From a virus (Duplodnaviria; Heunggongvirae; Uroviricota; Caudoviricetes): 37,419 nucleotides of DNA. Of the stretch, positions 18,301 through 27,263 are shown one piece after another (position 1 is the first letter of the stretch; the number at the start of each line of letters is the position of its first letter). The stretch lies in the IMG/VR virus record IMGVR_UViG_3300032030_000021, positions 93,122 through 130,540 of that record. The stretch is one strand, 5' to 3'. The notes under the pieces are model-generated. The model was not told where the DNA came from and did not search any database. It saw only the letters and a list, made by a program, of their open reading frames with translations. The position numbers were made by a program, and so were the translations under genes.

Positions 18301-18384
18301 ATGACGGAGCATGAAAAACAACTTCTATTAAAAGATCTTGCTCTTGAAACATCTGAAGGAATGTATAACACTAAAACCGAATAG
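18301..18384 (+). pseudogene. internally deleted remnant of the KDLCARLPY family gene
   Basis: MTEHEKQLLLKDL joined to ALETSEGMY matches the N- and C-termini of 35411..35806. Confidence 0.75.
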
Positions 18385-18499
18385 TCATGACAACACTACA
18401 AGAAATTCAATCAGAGGACAGTATTCGTAAAAGGAAAGTTCTCATCGGAAGATATTATAAATAAAATCATTATAACCCTAATAAAACAGTATATTGAAT

Positions 18500-18769
18500 A
18501 TGGTAACTTCAATAGTATGCATTATATCTACTTTAATAGTATGTATTATATCTACTTTAATTGTAGTTTTTATGATCTCCGGCATGATATGGGCATATTT
18601 CTCGGAGAAAAAAGCATACAACCATGGAATATGTCCTAAATGTGGTGCTAAATTGAAATGTATTGATATGGATTCTCAAGGCGGACGCTGGTATGTCTGT
18701 AGTAACAGATATAATAAAAATCATGAGTGTGATTATGATTGCTGGATATCATATGATGTAGATAACTAA
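18500..18769 (+). CDS. membrane-anchored zinc-ribbon protein
   Basis: Hydrophobic N-terminus with a 24-nt tandem duplication (IVCIISTL twice); CPKC...C motif. Confidence 0.65.
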   Translation: MVTSIVCIISTLIVCIISTLIVVFMISGMIWAYFSEKKAYNHGICPKCGAKLKCIDMDSQGGRWYVCSNRYNKNHECDYDCWISYDVDN

Positions 18770-18794
18770 CCAAATTTAGATAAGAATATAAAAT

Positions 18795-18995
18795 ATGCTT
18801 AGAATCAAAGTAGATTATAGTAAAGAATGCAAGAAAACCGGAAAACACAACATTCCCGGTGAGTTTGCCATATACACAAAAGATGGCATATTCGAACCTT
18901 GGGTAGAATATGTAACATACGACGATTATTGGCTTGCCTGCGTAGACGCAAGAGAACTTAGAGAACAATACGGCAAAATTCCTAAATATTTTTAA
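18795..18995 (+). CDS. hypothetical protein
   Basis: Packed ORF with AT-rich leader. Confidence 0.65.
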   Translation: MLRIKVDYSKECKKTGKHNIPGEFAIYTKDGIFEPWVEYVTYDDYWLACVDARELREQYGKIPKYF

Positions 18996-18998
18996 GTT

Positions 18999-19172
18999 AT
19001 GTTATACACTGAGAAAGAAAAAGAATTCTTAAAAGATAAATTGGAGCGATGCAAACGGCGCATCCACGAAATAGAATTAACAAATGATAGAAAATATAGA
19101 GAAGAATGGCGTCGTTTGAAAAAGCTCGAGTATTGGATTGAACATCATGTGCTTTATTTAATCAATAACTAA
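18999..19172 (+). CDS. small hypothetical protein (57 aa)
   Basis: MLYTEKEKEFLKDKLERC...; fills the gap between neighbours; below the ORF-track length cutoff. Confidence 0.55.
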   Translation: MLYTEKEKEFLKDKLERCKRRIHEIELTNDRKYREEWRRLKKLEYWIEHHVLYLINN

Positions 19173-19184
19173 AAATTCATAATC

Positions 19185-19385
19185 ATGAAAGATTTCATTA
19201 TATTTCATCCTCTCAAGTGCAATGGAAAATACGAGTGTGTTCCTTACAGCTTTGCCGGAACCATAGAAGCTATATCCGATCCTAAGGAACTCATGGATTT
19301 TCTCAAAAACTCGTTTTATTCCGAAAAAGAATGCAAGATCTGGATTAAGAACCAGGAGATTTCTATAGGGAGATTAGATGATTAA
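19185..19385 (+). CDS. hypothetical protein
   Basis: Packed ORF. Confidence 0.6.
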   Translation: MKDFIIFHPLKCNGKYECVPYSFAGTIEAISDPKELMDFLKNSFYSEKECKIWIKNQEISIGRLDD

Positions 19386-19435
19386 GACCGACGCTTATCA
19401 AACTTGAAATCAGTTATTATACATTTTTTTTTGTC

Positions 19436-19464
19436 CTTAAGATTCTGGATAATAGATTATATAA
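19436..19464 (+). promoter_or_regulatory. putative phage promoter
   Basis: CTTAA-N16-TTATATAA. Confidence 0.65.
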
Positions 19465-19483
19465 ATCCATAAGAGATAATATT

Positions 19484-19942
19484 ATGAATAGGATTTATCT
19501 AGCTTCTAGTATGGCTCCGGAATATAGAGATATTATTCAAAGTGCCGCTAAGATCTTGAGAGACCTCAAATACGAAGTATATGTTCCGCTAGAGCATGCT
19601 ATTCCGAATGCCTGGGACTATCCTAATAATGAATGGGGGCTGATGGTTTTCACCGAAGATGTATCCGCTATTCAGGATTCCGATTGGGTAGTCTTATTGA
19701 ATTATGGGAGAAAAGGTACCTCCCTAACCGGTGGAAGCGCCTGGGAGGCCGGGTTTGCTTACGGAATAGGTAAGAGAGTTGTAGTGGTGGATATGATAAA
19801 AAACAAAAGTGAACATACCTCATTGATGATAGAAAATGGAAGATATGCTACCGTTGACGGTCTAGATGAAATGAAAATCTTTTTTGAAAATGGGGGATTA
19901 GAAGATCCCGTAAAATATAGAACTAAACACGAACAATCTTAA
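19484..19942 (+). CDS. nucleoside 2-deoxyribosyltransferase-like / N-glycosidase
   Basis: IYLAS, DVSAIQDSDWVV and SAWEAGFAYGIGK motifs. Confidence 0.85.
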   Translation: MNRIYLASSMAPEYRDIIQSAAKILRDLKYEVYVPLEHAIPNAWDYPNNEWGLMVFTEDVSAIQDSDWVVLLNYGRKGTSLTGGSAWEAGFAYGIGKRVVVVDMIKNKSEHTSLMIENGRYATVDGLDEMKIFFENGGLEDPVKYRTKHEQS

Positions 19943-19943
19943 T

Positions 19944-20444
19944 ATGAAACCGGATCTTATTGAAAGAGATATAGAATATATCGAACTCTATATGAAGGCA
20001 CTAGAAGTAGCCAAAGAGTGTCATAAGGATCAAAAAGACAAAGGTGGGCATGAATACATCGGACATCCTATCCGAGTTTCGGATAGGTGTGCGTCCGCCG
20101 GAGCCACTATCACAGGACTCTTGCATGATACTATAGAAGATTCGGATATGACACCGGAGAAGCTGATTGAACTCGGGTTTCCGGCGGATATTGTAGATGC
20201 CGTAAAATTCCTTACCCGGAGAGATGGAGAAACTTATAGCGATTACATCAAAAGAGTTGGAGAGAACAAAGTCGCCCGGGAAGTCAAGATCGCGGATCTG
20301 AAAGATAATCTAGATATTACAAGATTGCCTTATCCCATCACAAAAGATGATTTAAGTCTTCTTAATCGTTATTTAAAAGCCTTAAAATATCTTAAAACGA
20401 TCGATTCTTCAAGCGATCTTCTTAGAAGAACATATAACCGATAA
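19944..20444 (+). CDS. RelA/SpoT-type HD hydrolase (small alarmone hydrolase-like)
   Basis: HKDQKDKGGHEYIGHP, LLHDTIED, VKIADLKDN motifs. Confidence 0.85.
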   Translation: MKPDLIERDIEYIELYMKALEVAKECHKDQKDKGGHEYIGHPIRVSDRCASAGATITGLLHDTIEDSDMTPEKLIELGFPADIVDAVKFLTRRDGETYSDYIKRVGENKVAREVKIADLKDNLDITRLPYPITKDDLSLLNRYLKALKYLKTIDSSSDLLRRTYNR

Positions 20445-20456
20445 ACATATAAGAAT

Positions 20457-20888
20457 ATGACAAGAGATTATATTAAAGAACAGATGAAAGAAATCAAGAG
20501 GATCACCGGACTTGATTTCGAGACCTTCTATCTCCGGTACACATCCGATGATAATCATATTATCTCTAACAAATGGGGTGTAATGAGCAAGTTCGAGGAA
20601 TCCCTGAATGATGTCGAGAAGTCCGATAGCTGTATCGGAGATTCCCTTCCTATAGAGCTGCTGATACTCATCAACAACCGGTGTGTATATTGCTGGACTA
20701 GAAATCCGCTTTGGGATGGTGCGAATTGTCCGGAGGAGGATTCTCATGTATATACTAATGTGCCGCTAGTAGGGAAGCATTGGTTTGTAGATCCTATTGA
20801 CTGGCTAGACCTGGACACCCGGAATACTCCGATGGCTCCGGCCTTCAAAAGATTCTTCAGTAAAATTTCTGGTAAGCAACATCGTTAG
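20457..20888 (+). CDS. hypothetical protein
   Basis: 143-aa ORF in the same operon. Confidence 0.7.
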   Translation: MTRDYIKEQMKEIKRITGLDFETFYLRYTSDDNHIISNKWGVMSKFEESLNDVEKSDSCIGDSLPIELLILINNRCVYCWTRNPLWDGANCPEEDSHVYTNVPLVGKHWFVDPIDWLDLDTRNTPMAPAFKRFFSKISGKQHR

Positions 20889-20935
20889 AATCAACGAGTT
20901 ATTATAAAAGTTCCGATAAAAATCCATTATAATAT

Positions 20936-21211
20936 ATGATTATAACTAATGACAGGAGAAATTTGGTACTTCCGGAACCCGGCGATATATTTAAAACCGC
21001 AATCCAGATAGGAGAAACCCCTAAGCTAGTCCTGGTGCGGGCGGAAGAAGTAACCGATGATCCGGACAATTGTTCGGGATGTATTTTTGAAAGTATTTGT
21101 ATTGAGAGCAATACAACTAATTTTGTGTGTTATGGGCCGGATAGATATGATGGTAAATCTATCAAAATGGTTCCGGTCAAACTCAAGGAAATGTCCGATT
21201 TGGAAGCTTAA
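20936..21211 (+). CDS. small Cys-motif phage protein
   Basis: CSGCIFE...C...C pattern. Confidence 0.65.
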   Translation: MIITNDRRNLVLPEPGDIFKTAIQIGETPKLVLVRAEEVTDDPDNCSGCIFESICIESNTTNFVCYGPDRYDGKSIKMVPVKLKEMSDLEA

Positions 21212-21235
21212 TATATTATAATTTCGTTTATATAT
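21207..21235 (+). promoter_or_regulatory. putative phage promoter upstream of the radical SAM gene
   Basis: CTTAA-N16-TTATATAT. Confidence 0.7.
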
Positions 21236-21280
21236 CTTCATAGATATCCATAAATATTATATCAAAATTTGAAAAAGAAT

Positions 21281-22201
21281 ATGTCAAAATCCAAAGTATT
21301 AGGAGCCTATAAGAACGGTAATTATGATGTGGTCATCTTAGAAGATGGCACCAAGATCCGCCGGACCGAAGAAGAGGAATTCATTCCGGCCTTTGCGGAG
21401 AATTGTGATGTCAAGATTACGGATAAGTGTAATATTGGTTGCCCTTTCTGTTATGAAGGATGTACCTCTACCGGCAAACACGCTACTTTTGATGAGAGTC
21501 TCAACAATTTCATCAACAGCCTCCACCCGTATACGGAGCTGGCATTGAATGGCAATGATCTGGATTGTCCGGGCCTGGAAAACTTCTTGACTGTTTTGAA
21601 GATCAAAAAGGTACTTCCTAACATCACCGTGCATTCTAAACAATTGATTGACAATGTTGTCAAACTGAGAGATTGGCAAAAAAGAGGTCTTATCTACGGC
21701 ATCGGCATCAGCGTTCATCCGGATTATCTATCTAAGACATTAGCCTTGATTCAAGTTAATGAATTGAAAAACTGTGTGTTTCATACCATCTCCGGAGTAA
21801 CCACTCCGGAGATCTATGAATATCTGGCGGATCATCAGCAGAAGGTATTGGTTCTGGGATATAAGGATCTGGGCAGGGGAGTGAACTTCAAGACCGCTCA
21901 TAATGTGGAAGTGGATGAGAACAGACAATGGCTTCGGGATAATATTAAAAATCTCTGGTCTCGGAATGCGGTGCTATCATTTGACAACCTTGCTCTGGAA
22001 CAGCTAGATATCCGGTCTTTGCTTACTCCGGAAGAATGGGAAAGATTCTATATGGGAGATGACGGAAGCTTCACTTTCTATATTGATCTAGTCAAAAGAA
22101 CTTTTTCTAAGAATTCACTTTGCCATGCCCGCTTCCCTATGGAAAACAAGACTATTGATGAGATGTTTCAATTCATTCGTGATTACTATAAAAAAAATTA
22201 A
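21281..22201 (+). CDS. radical SAM enzyme
   Basis: CNIGCPFC (CxxxCxxC); no Cys-rich SPASM domain; ATG at 21281. Confidence 0.9.
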   Translation: MSKSKVLGAYKNGNYDVVILEDGTKIRRTEEEEFIPAFAENCDVKITDKCNIGCPFCYEGCTSTGKHATFDESLNNFINSLHPYTELALNGNDLDCPGLENFLTVLKIKKVLPNITVHSKQLIDNVVKLRDWQKRGLIYGIGISVHPDYLSKTLALIQVNELKNCVFHTISGVTTPEIYEYLADHQQKVLVLGYKDLGRGVNFKTAHNVEVDENRQWLRDNIKNLWSRNAVLSFDNLALEQLDIRSLLTPEEWERFYMGDDGSFTFYIDLVKRTFSKNSLCHARFPMENKTIDEMFQFIRDYYKKN

Positions 22202-22213
22202 ATTTTCACAAAT

Positions 22214-22315
22214 ATGGTTACCATTCCAGCTACATTATTTCACATTTTGTGTTTTTGTCTCGGATATACACTTGGGGGCATCATTATCACTGTGATTCAA
22301 AAAATCGGTGAATGA
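22214..22315 (+). CDS. 33-aa hydrophobic peptide
   Basis: MVTIPATLFHILCFCLGYTLGGIIITVIQKIGE between the radical SAM gene and the first FETNSS gene. Confidence 0.45.
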   Translation: MVTIPATLFHILCFCLGYTLGGIIITVIQKIGE

Positions 22316-22317
22316 TA

Positions 22318-22364
22318 GATAAATAAGAAGTTTTTTATGATTCAAAAATAAATTAGATTATGAA
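22318..22364 (+). repeat. 47-nt direct repeat, copy A (copy B at 23641-23687)
   Basis: 43/47 identical; both differences are GG to AA. Confidence 0.85.
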
Positions 22365-22905
22365 AGTACAAATAAGACAAGGAGTTTTTGAAACCAATAG
22401 TTCATCCATTCATACAATCGCTATCGGCAAAGGAACTAGTGAGCTCGGCATAAACACAGTCCTCCACAGTAGTGGAGCAATCGCATTCAATCTCGGTGAG
22501 TTCGGCTGGGAGGTCAAGAAGCATACCTCCATTGAAACGAGGGCTTCCTATTTGTGGACCATGGCGTGTAGCGATACAAAGGAAGACGCCGACAAGCGAG
22601 AGAAGTTTATCCGTGACACACTTGCCGGAGTTGACATCCGGTGCGTATTCGAGCCGGTTGTAGAGAAGGTATATGATTCCGGATACAAATGCTGCGAGAA
22701 AGAAGACGGGGACTACTTTTATATCGATCATTCCGACAGCTGGGACTATTTCAAAGAAAAGATCTTCTCCGACAAAGAGCTTCTGTTGGACTTCCTCTTT
22801 GGTGATTCTAATGTGATCACTTATAATGATAATGATGACTATGATACATGGCTTGCCTCGATCGATGACGGAACCGACAGAGAAGAATTTTATAAAGGAA
22901 ACTAG
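22360..22905 (+). CDS. FETNSS-family protein 1 (long type)
   Basis: MKVQIRQGVFETNSSSIH; RASYL, YIDH, DFLF...NDN. Confidence 0.85.
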   Translation: MKVQIRQGVFETNSSSIHTIAIGKGTSELGINTVLHSSGAIAFNLGEFGWEVKKHTSIETRASYLWTMACSDTKEDADKREKFIRDTLAGVDIRCVFEPVVEKVYDSGYKCCEKEDGDYFYIDHSDSWDYFKEKIFSDKELLLDFLFGDSNVITYNDNDDYDTWLASIDDGTDREEFYKGN

Positions 22906-22907
22906 CT

Positions 22908-23489
22908 ATGAAAGTACAAATTAGACAAGGGGTTTTTGAGACTAATTCTTCCACACAGCACACTCTCTGCATTGTCAGGTGCGATGAGAAAAGATTCAAA
23001 TCCTCGGTATTTCATGCGAGTCTTCCTAAAAAGATCGCGACCCCGACTTCGGAAGATCTTAAAAAGTATGAAGATTTCGCTTATAATATTCCACATATTG
23101 ACAATCTTACATTGGAGGAAAAAGTTAATATCTTGATCATATCTTCCCTTAACTCTTATGATATCCCAGGTTTTCTCAATACTATAATGCTCTTACAAGA
23201 TACTCTTAAAGAATTTGGAATCGAACTATGTGTAGATTTTCAAACATTATGCGATATATCCGAAAGCTACTGGTATCAGGACGGTATATACCGGTTAATT
23301 GATGAAAAACTTTCTAGTGAATATATCAAAGACTTTCTCTTCTCGGCGGATGTAGGATATGCTAGTTATCGTGATGAGTGTTGTCCGGAACCTGATAAGG
23401 AATATCAAGATCTTATAGACCATATGGGGGGTCTGTTAAAAAACGGTACACCCGAAAAAGATATATTAGTGTTTCACGATAGATATTAA
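22908..23489 (+). CDS. FETNSS-family protein 2 (long type)
   Basis: MKVQIRQGVFETNSSTQH; DFLF...RDE. Confidence 0.85.
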   Translation: MKVQIRQGVFETNSSTQHTLCIVRCDEKRFKSSVFHASLPKKIATPTSEDLKKYEDFAYNIPHIDNLTLEEKVNILIISSLNSYDIPGFLNTIMLLQDTLKEFGIELCVDFQTLCDISESYWYQDGIYRLIDEKLSSEYIKDFLFSADVGYASYRDECCPEPDKEYQDLIDHMGGLLKNGTPEKDILVFHDRY

Positions 23490-23493
23490 TAGT

Positions 23494-23679
23494 ATGGAAG
23501 ATCAACCGACAATTAAAAGAAAAACCTTTTTAGACTATCCTAGTTTATTAGATCAACTTAATCTGTGGAAGGAAAATGGATACAATCCATTTAATTTCTG
23601 TCAGATAGTATATGTGCCGGCGAAGGCTAGTCATATGTATGATAAATGGGAAGTTTTTTATGATTCAAAAATGGATTAG
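23494..23679 (+). CDS. small hypothetical protein
   Basis: Packed ORF whose 3' end forms repeat copy B. Confidence 0.6.
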   Translation: MEDQPTIKRKTFLDYPSLLDQLNLWKENGYNPFNFCQIVYVPAKASHMYDKWEVFYDSKMD

Positions 23680-23687
23680 ATTATGAA
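23641..23687 (+). repeat. 47-nt direct repeat, copy B
   Basis: gataaatgggaagttttttatgattcaaaaatggattagattatgaa. Confidence 0.85.
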
Positions 23688-23955
23688 CGAGAAAGACGAA
23701 TATATTTACGTATTTATCTGTGCTGAGTCCAACTACTTCGGCCAGACATTTAAATACAGCTCTACATATGCCATCAGTAAGGATGCCAATATGGATAATG
23801 TAATAGATCACGTTACCGAGGAGATGAACAAAAATTTTGAGGAGTGTCTTGACGGGCTCAATCCGCTTCCTCGTGTAGGAATCACTTCCATGAATGAAAT
23901 TTCTAAGGAACTGTACGAACGCCTTCATCAAAGGTATAAACATAACAACAATTAA
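23683..23955 (+). CDS. hypothetical protein
   Basis: Packed ORF. Confidence 0.7.
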   Translation: MNEKDEYIYVFICAESNYFGQTFKYSSTYAISKDANMDNVIDHVTEEMNKNFEECLDGLNPLPRVGITSMNEISKELYERLHQRYKHNNN

Positions 23956-23961
23956 AATCAT

Positions 23962-24474
23962 ATGAAAATACAAATAAGACAGGGAGTTTTTGAAACCAAT
24001 TCCAGTTCCGAACACAGTGTCTCGGTAGTCCGGGAAAGCGATTGGAATGGTTGGGTATCCGGCAAGCTCGTGGCTAGAGAGAAAGGATCGACCGGATGTG
24101 AGAACTGCTGGGGCAACTTTTGGAGCGACCTGGACGAATGGGAGTTTACGGAGTTATCCCAACAGGCATCCGAAGAGAACAATAAGATTATCCGGACCTG
24201 GATAGAGAAGGAAATCTCCAATATTAACGAATGGTGTAAATCTCCGGATTACGACCAAAAAGATGATAAATTTTGGGCGGAACGTTTAAATGAGTTGTCG
24301 GCGTTGTGGGAAAATCCGGATCAGATGGATAATTATACAAAATTTATTATAGGATGCTGGATTACCTTTGAAGAATACATGGATGGACTTAGAAACGGAG
24401 AATGCTATTCTCCATTCCATCACAGTGTTCCGGGCCTAGACGTACATGTTTTTGGAATATATTTTCATTCTTAA
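23962..24474 (+). CDS. FETNSS-family protein 3 (short type)
   Basis: MKIQIRQGVFETNSSSEH; ends VHVFGIYFHS. Confidence 0.85.
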   Translation: MKIQIRQGVFETNSSSEHSVSVVRESDWNGWVSGKLVAREKGSTGCENCWGNFWSDLDEWEFTELSQQASEENNKIIRTWIEKEISNINEWCKSPDYDQKDDKFWAERLNELSALWENPDQMDNYTKFIIGCWITFEEYMDGLRNGECYSPFHHSVPGLDVHVFGIYFHS

Positions 24475-24478
24475 TATT

Positions 24479-24718
24479 ATGAAGACGCAAGATTTATTAA
24501 AAGAACTAAAAGCTAAAAATATCAGAGTTCCCGAGAGTTGGGCGGTACTCCAAACCGGATCCGGAGACTTTCTAGGGTTCATACCCACATCGGAGACCGC
24601 TCTCCGGGATAAGCAAAATATGTATAAGTCCGTCGAACTTCTTGCCCATTCTCCAATCCAGGAAAAGATAAGAGCAGAACGAGAAGCTATTAAAGAATCA
24701 AGATTATCACAATTATGA
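24479..24718 (+). CDS. hypothetical protein
   Basis: ATG at 24479. Confidence 0.65.
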   Translation: MKTQDLLKELKAKNIRVPESWAVLQTGSGDFLGFIPTSETALRDKQNMYKSVELLAHSPIQEKIRAEREAIKESRLSQL

Positions 24719-25185
24719 AGAACTGGTGGAATAATTTAAAGATTAAATTAGGAAATTGGATTCGCAATAAAGCGGCCGGTTCTAAAATCAAACATTTCAA
24801 TTCTCTTCAGGAAATGGATGTCTGGATAGATAAATATGGTCCGACATTAGTGCATTTCGGTATCCTGCGTAGCGATATGCTCTCACCCCTTATTCTATCT
24901 TGTATTATAACCCCGGAAACAGCCAATGAAACTTTAGCTAGCTACCCGGTGGATGATAACCTACGAGATATGCTCAACAAATTGAAACTTTACTATGGAA
25001 AATGGTGTAGAGACGGTGCTGGCTCTAATGATTTAGAAGGAGCCCTAGTGGGAGTGGAAGTTACTCAAGAAGATTACTATTGGGTTCTAGATGATGGTCA
25101 TCAAAAACACTTTGTCACCGGAATATCTCCTTTACAAGTTTGTGAATATATTAGAGATAATATTAAAAGATATAGCTATATCTGA
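24715..25185 (+). CDS. hypothetical protein
   Basis: ATGA-type overlap with the previous gene. Confidence 0.7.
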   Translation: MKNWWNNLKIKLGNWIRNKAAGSKIKHFNSLQEMDVWIDKYGPTLVHFGILRSDMLSPLILSCIITPETANETLASYPVDDNLRDMLNKLKLYYGKWCRDGAGSNDLEGALVGVEVTQEDYYWVLDDGHQKHFVTGISPLQVCEYIRDNIKRYSYI

Positions 25186-25209
25186 TAAAAAACACATATA
25201 GAACAACTA

Positions 25210-25217
25210 TATAAATA
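25210..25217 (+). promoter_or_regulatory. possible T4-type late promoter TATAAATA
   Basis: Exact octamer 10 nt before the ATG at 25228; chance occurrence is plausible in AT-rich DNA. Confidence 0.35.
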
Positions 25218-25227
25218 AAAAAGAAAT

Positions 25228-25722
25228 ATGAGGACCATAACGGAATATTTAATAGATTTACTTCGGAGCACTCGCCTGTATGAGATGGCTAGATCCCAAC
25301 AGGAATGTGAAGATAGGGTATCTTCTCAAACTAAAAATATTTTAGAAAATCTGGTTCTTATAATATATTTCGGCATATCCGATTTTCATACAACCAACAT
25401 AAATCATTGGAAAGAAGAGTTGATTATATCCATTCTCAATGCGGCGGATTTCAGACCTAAAAAAGACAATTCCATCTCTCGCCGTACCCGAATAGTAGAG
25501 AGGATATTCAAAAAAGATGATATGTGGGATTATGATCAGATATATTCTAAAATCCAAAAAAAATTCTATGATGAAAAGGAAACTTGCTGGCCTGAAAATA
25601 AAGAATCTCAACAATATATCGATCAAGCTATTCTGGGAGCCATATCTTGCATGGACGATATTATGGATCTTATTGTAAAAAATGATCTTATATCTATAAA
25701 AGAATGGATTAAAAAATTATAA
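25228..25722 (+). CDS. DUF29-like protein with LYEMA leader
   Basis: NILENLVLI...NHWKEEL resembles the DUF29 helical family; N-terminal RLYEMA. Confidence 0.55.
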   Translation: MRTITEYLIDLLRSTRLYEMARSQQECEDRVSSQTKNILENLVLIIYFGISDFHTTNINHWKEELIISILNAADFRPKKDNSISRRTRIVERIFKKDDMWDYDQIYSKIQKKFYDEKETCWPENKESQQYIDQAILGAISCMDDIMDLIVKNDLISIKEWIKKL

Positions 25723-25728
25723 AGAAAT

Positions 25729-26199
25729 ATGAAAATACAAATCAGACAATCAACTTTTGAAACCAACTCCAGTTCCGTACATACGCTGGTACTGCCTAAA
25801 GGCGGTTGTGAGCAGGTATTGAAACCGGATGAACATGGTGTGGTCAGGGTCGGGTGTGATGACTTTTCGGATTGTGGTGTTGTGTATGGCTTATACGAAA
25901 AACTCTCCTATCTATGTTCTTTCATCGCACTGGATCATCCCGGTGATATTCATGTGATAGGACAATTTGGTGGGTGTATGTCAAATGAAGACAACTGGAA
26001 TTTAGAAAACATTCTGGAAGCTATTCAGAGAAGATATCCGGATGTTCTTAAATTAGTGGCAACTCATTGTTATGGAGCGGAATTTGATCATCAGACTCAT
26101 CCTTGCAATTCTTCTTGTATTATAGATCTCCAGGATATTGACCAGATTGAAACATTCTTATTTAATGATGATATCAAAATAAACATGGGGAGAGACTAA
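25729..26199 (+). CDS. FETNSS-family protein 4 (long type)
   Basis: MKIQIRQSTFETNSSSVH; KLSYL, FDHQ, TFLF...GRD. Confidence 0.85.
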   Translation: MKIQIRQSTFETNSSSVHTLVLPKGGCEQVLKPDEHGVVRVGCDDFSDCGVVYGLYEKLSYLCSFIALDHPGDIHVIGQFGGCMSNEDNWNLENILEAIQRRYPDVLKLVATHCYGAEFDHQTHPCNSSCIIDLQDIDQIETFLFNDDIKINMGRD

Positions 26200-26200
26200 T

Positions 26201-26602
26201 ATGAAAAAAGAGACATTTATTAAGATAATGAAAGAGTGTATCAAGCACACCGAAGGAGCAGAACGTATGGGTGATGCCATGAAGGAATTGATATCCACCA
26301 GAAGCACTCTAAAAGACTTTATGGATGGCTTCGATACTATCTTTTATGATGACCAAATGGTAGAGAATATCATCCGGTCATTGGAGGAAGATCTGAATGA
26401 CCAGTCCGAATTGCTGGTAATTTGGTTTTATGAATACCGTATTATGAGAACAAGCTGCTTAGAAGTCATGAAAGTAACTATCATGGAAGAACATGCATCT
26501 ATAACCTATAATGTAGGCACAGATCCGGAGGATGATGAAAATAACCTGAGTACTTTATACGATGCTATTACAAGAAATAATCAATATGGAAAAGAGATCT
26601 AA
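26201..26602 (+). CDS. hypothetical protein
   Basis: Packed ORF. Confidence 0.7.
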   Translation: MKKETFIKIMKECIKHTEGAERMGDAMKELISTRSTLKDFMDGFDTIFYDDQMVENIIRSLEEDLNDQSELLVIWFYEYRIMRTSCLEVMKVTIMEEHASITYNVGTDPEDDENNLSTLYDAITRNNQYGKEI

Positions 26603-26879
26603 AGTCATCTTATGTATATGGAATATCCTGTTGATAGTAACCATTCCATTGTGCTTATCGTGTTCTAGGCAGAATAATACATTGAATTCCACCGGAATAA
26701 AAGATACCACACTATTAGAATACAACTACGGCGAATATAATATACACACAACATGGGAACAGGTAGATGAAATTCTTAAATTCGAATATTCCGGACACCA
26801 ATATATACAATTTAATAATCACCAGACTCATGCGATATCTATAAGTATAGTCCATGATCCGAATTGCCCATGTCACTAA
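26586..26879 (+). CDS. putative lipoprotein
   Basis: Hydrophobic stretch then CLSC; C-terminal HDPNCPCH. Confidence 0.65.
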   Translation: MEKRSKVILCIWNILLIVTIPLCLSCSRQNNTLNSTGIKDTTLLEYNYGEYNIHTTWEQVDEILKFEYSGHQYIQFNNHQTHAISISIVHDPNCPCH

Positions 26880-26893
26880 ATTAATCAATAAAT

Positions 26894-27247
26894 ATGAAAG
26901 TACAAATCAGACACGGCGTTTTTGAGACAAACAGTTCTTCTACTCATTCGCTGAGCATCATCTCCAAAGAGCAATCTGATCTTTTGGACAAAGGAGAACT
27001 TTATATCGACGGTTACAGCCTTGAGACAGTCACAAAAGAAGAAGTAGACAGACGATGGGAGGAATATCAGAAAGAAAACCACTCTTATCCTCATCATAAC
27101 AAAGAAGAATTCCGCAAGAGGTATCTGTGTGCATTGACTATGGATGAATTCGAAGAATTCTGTGAGGACAATTATTATGAGACTCTATGGAAAACTTCTC
27201 CCGACAACAAATGGATAGCTGTATCTCTTTGGGGTGATAGAGATTAA
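26894..27247 (+). CDS. FETNSS-family protein 5 (short type)
   Basis: MKVQIRHGVFETNSSSTH; ends IAVSLWGDRD. Confidence 0.85.
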   Translation: MKVQIRHGVFETNSSSTHSLSIISKEQSDLLDKGELYIDGYSLETVTKEEVDRRWEEYQKENHSYPHHNKEEFRKRYLCALTMDEFEEFCEDNYYETLWKTSPDNKWIAVSLWGDRD

Positions 27248-27263
27248 ACAAATTACAGATATT

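Noticed and set aside
18512-18559. 24-nt tandem duplication (IVCIISTL twice)
   Set aside because: A simple in-frame slippage in a transmembrane segment; no wider pattern.
21281-22201. Radical SAM gene as the NrdD activase nrdG
   Set aside because: It is longer than typical NrdG, lacks the NrdG-type VSGC...CxGCFN context and lies 13 kb from nrdD. nrdG is probably outside the window.
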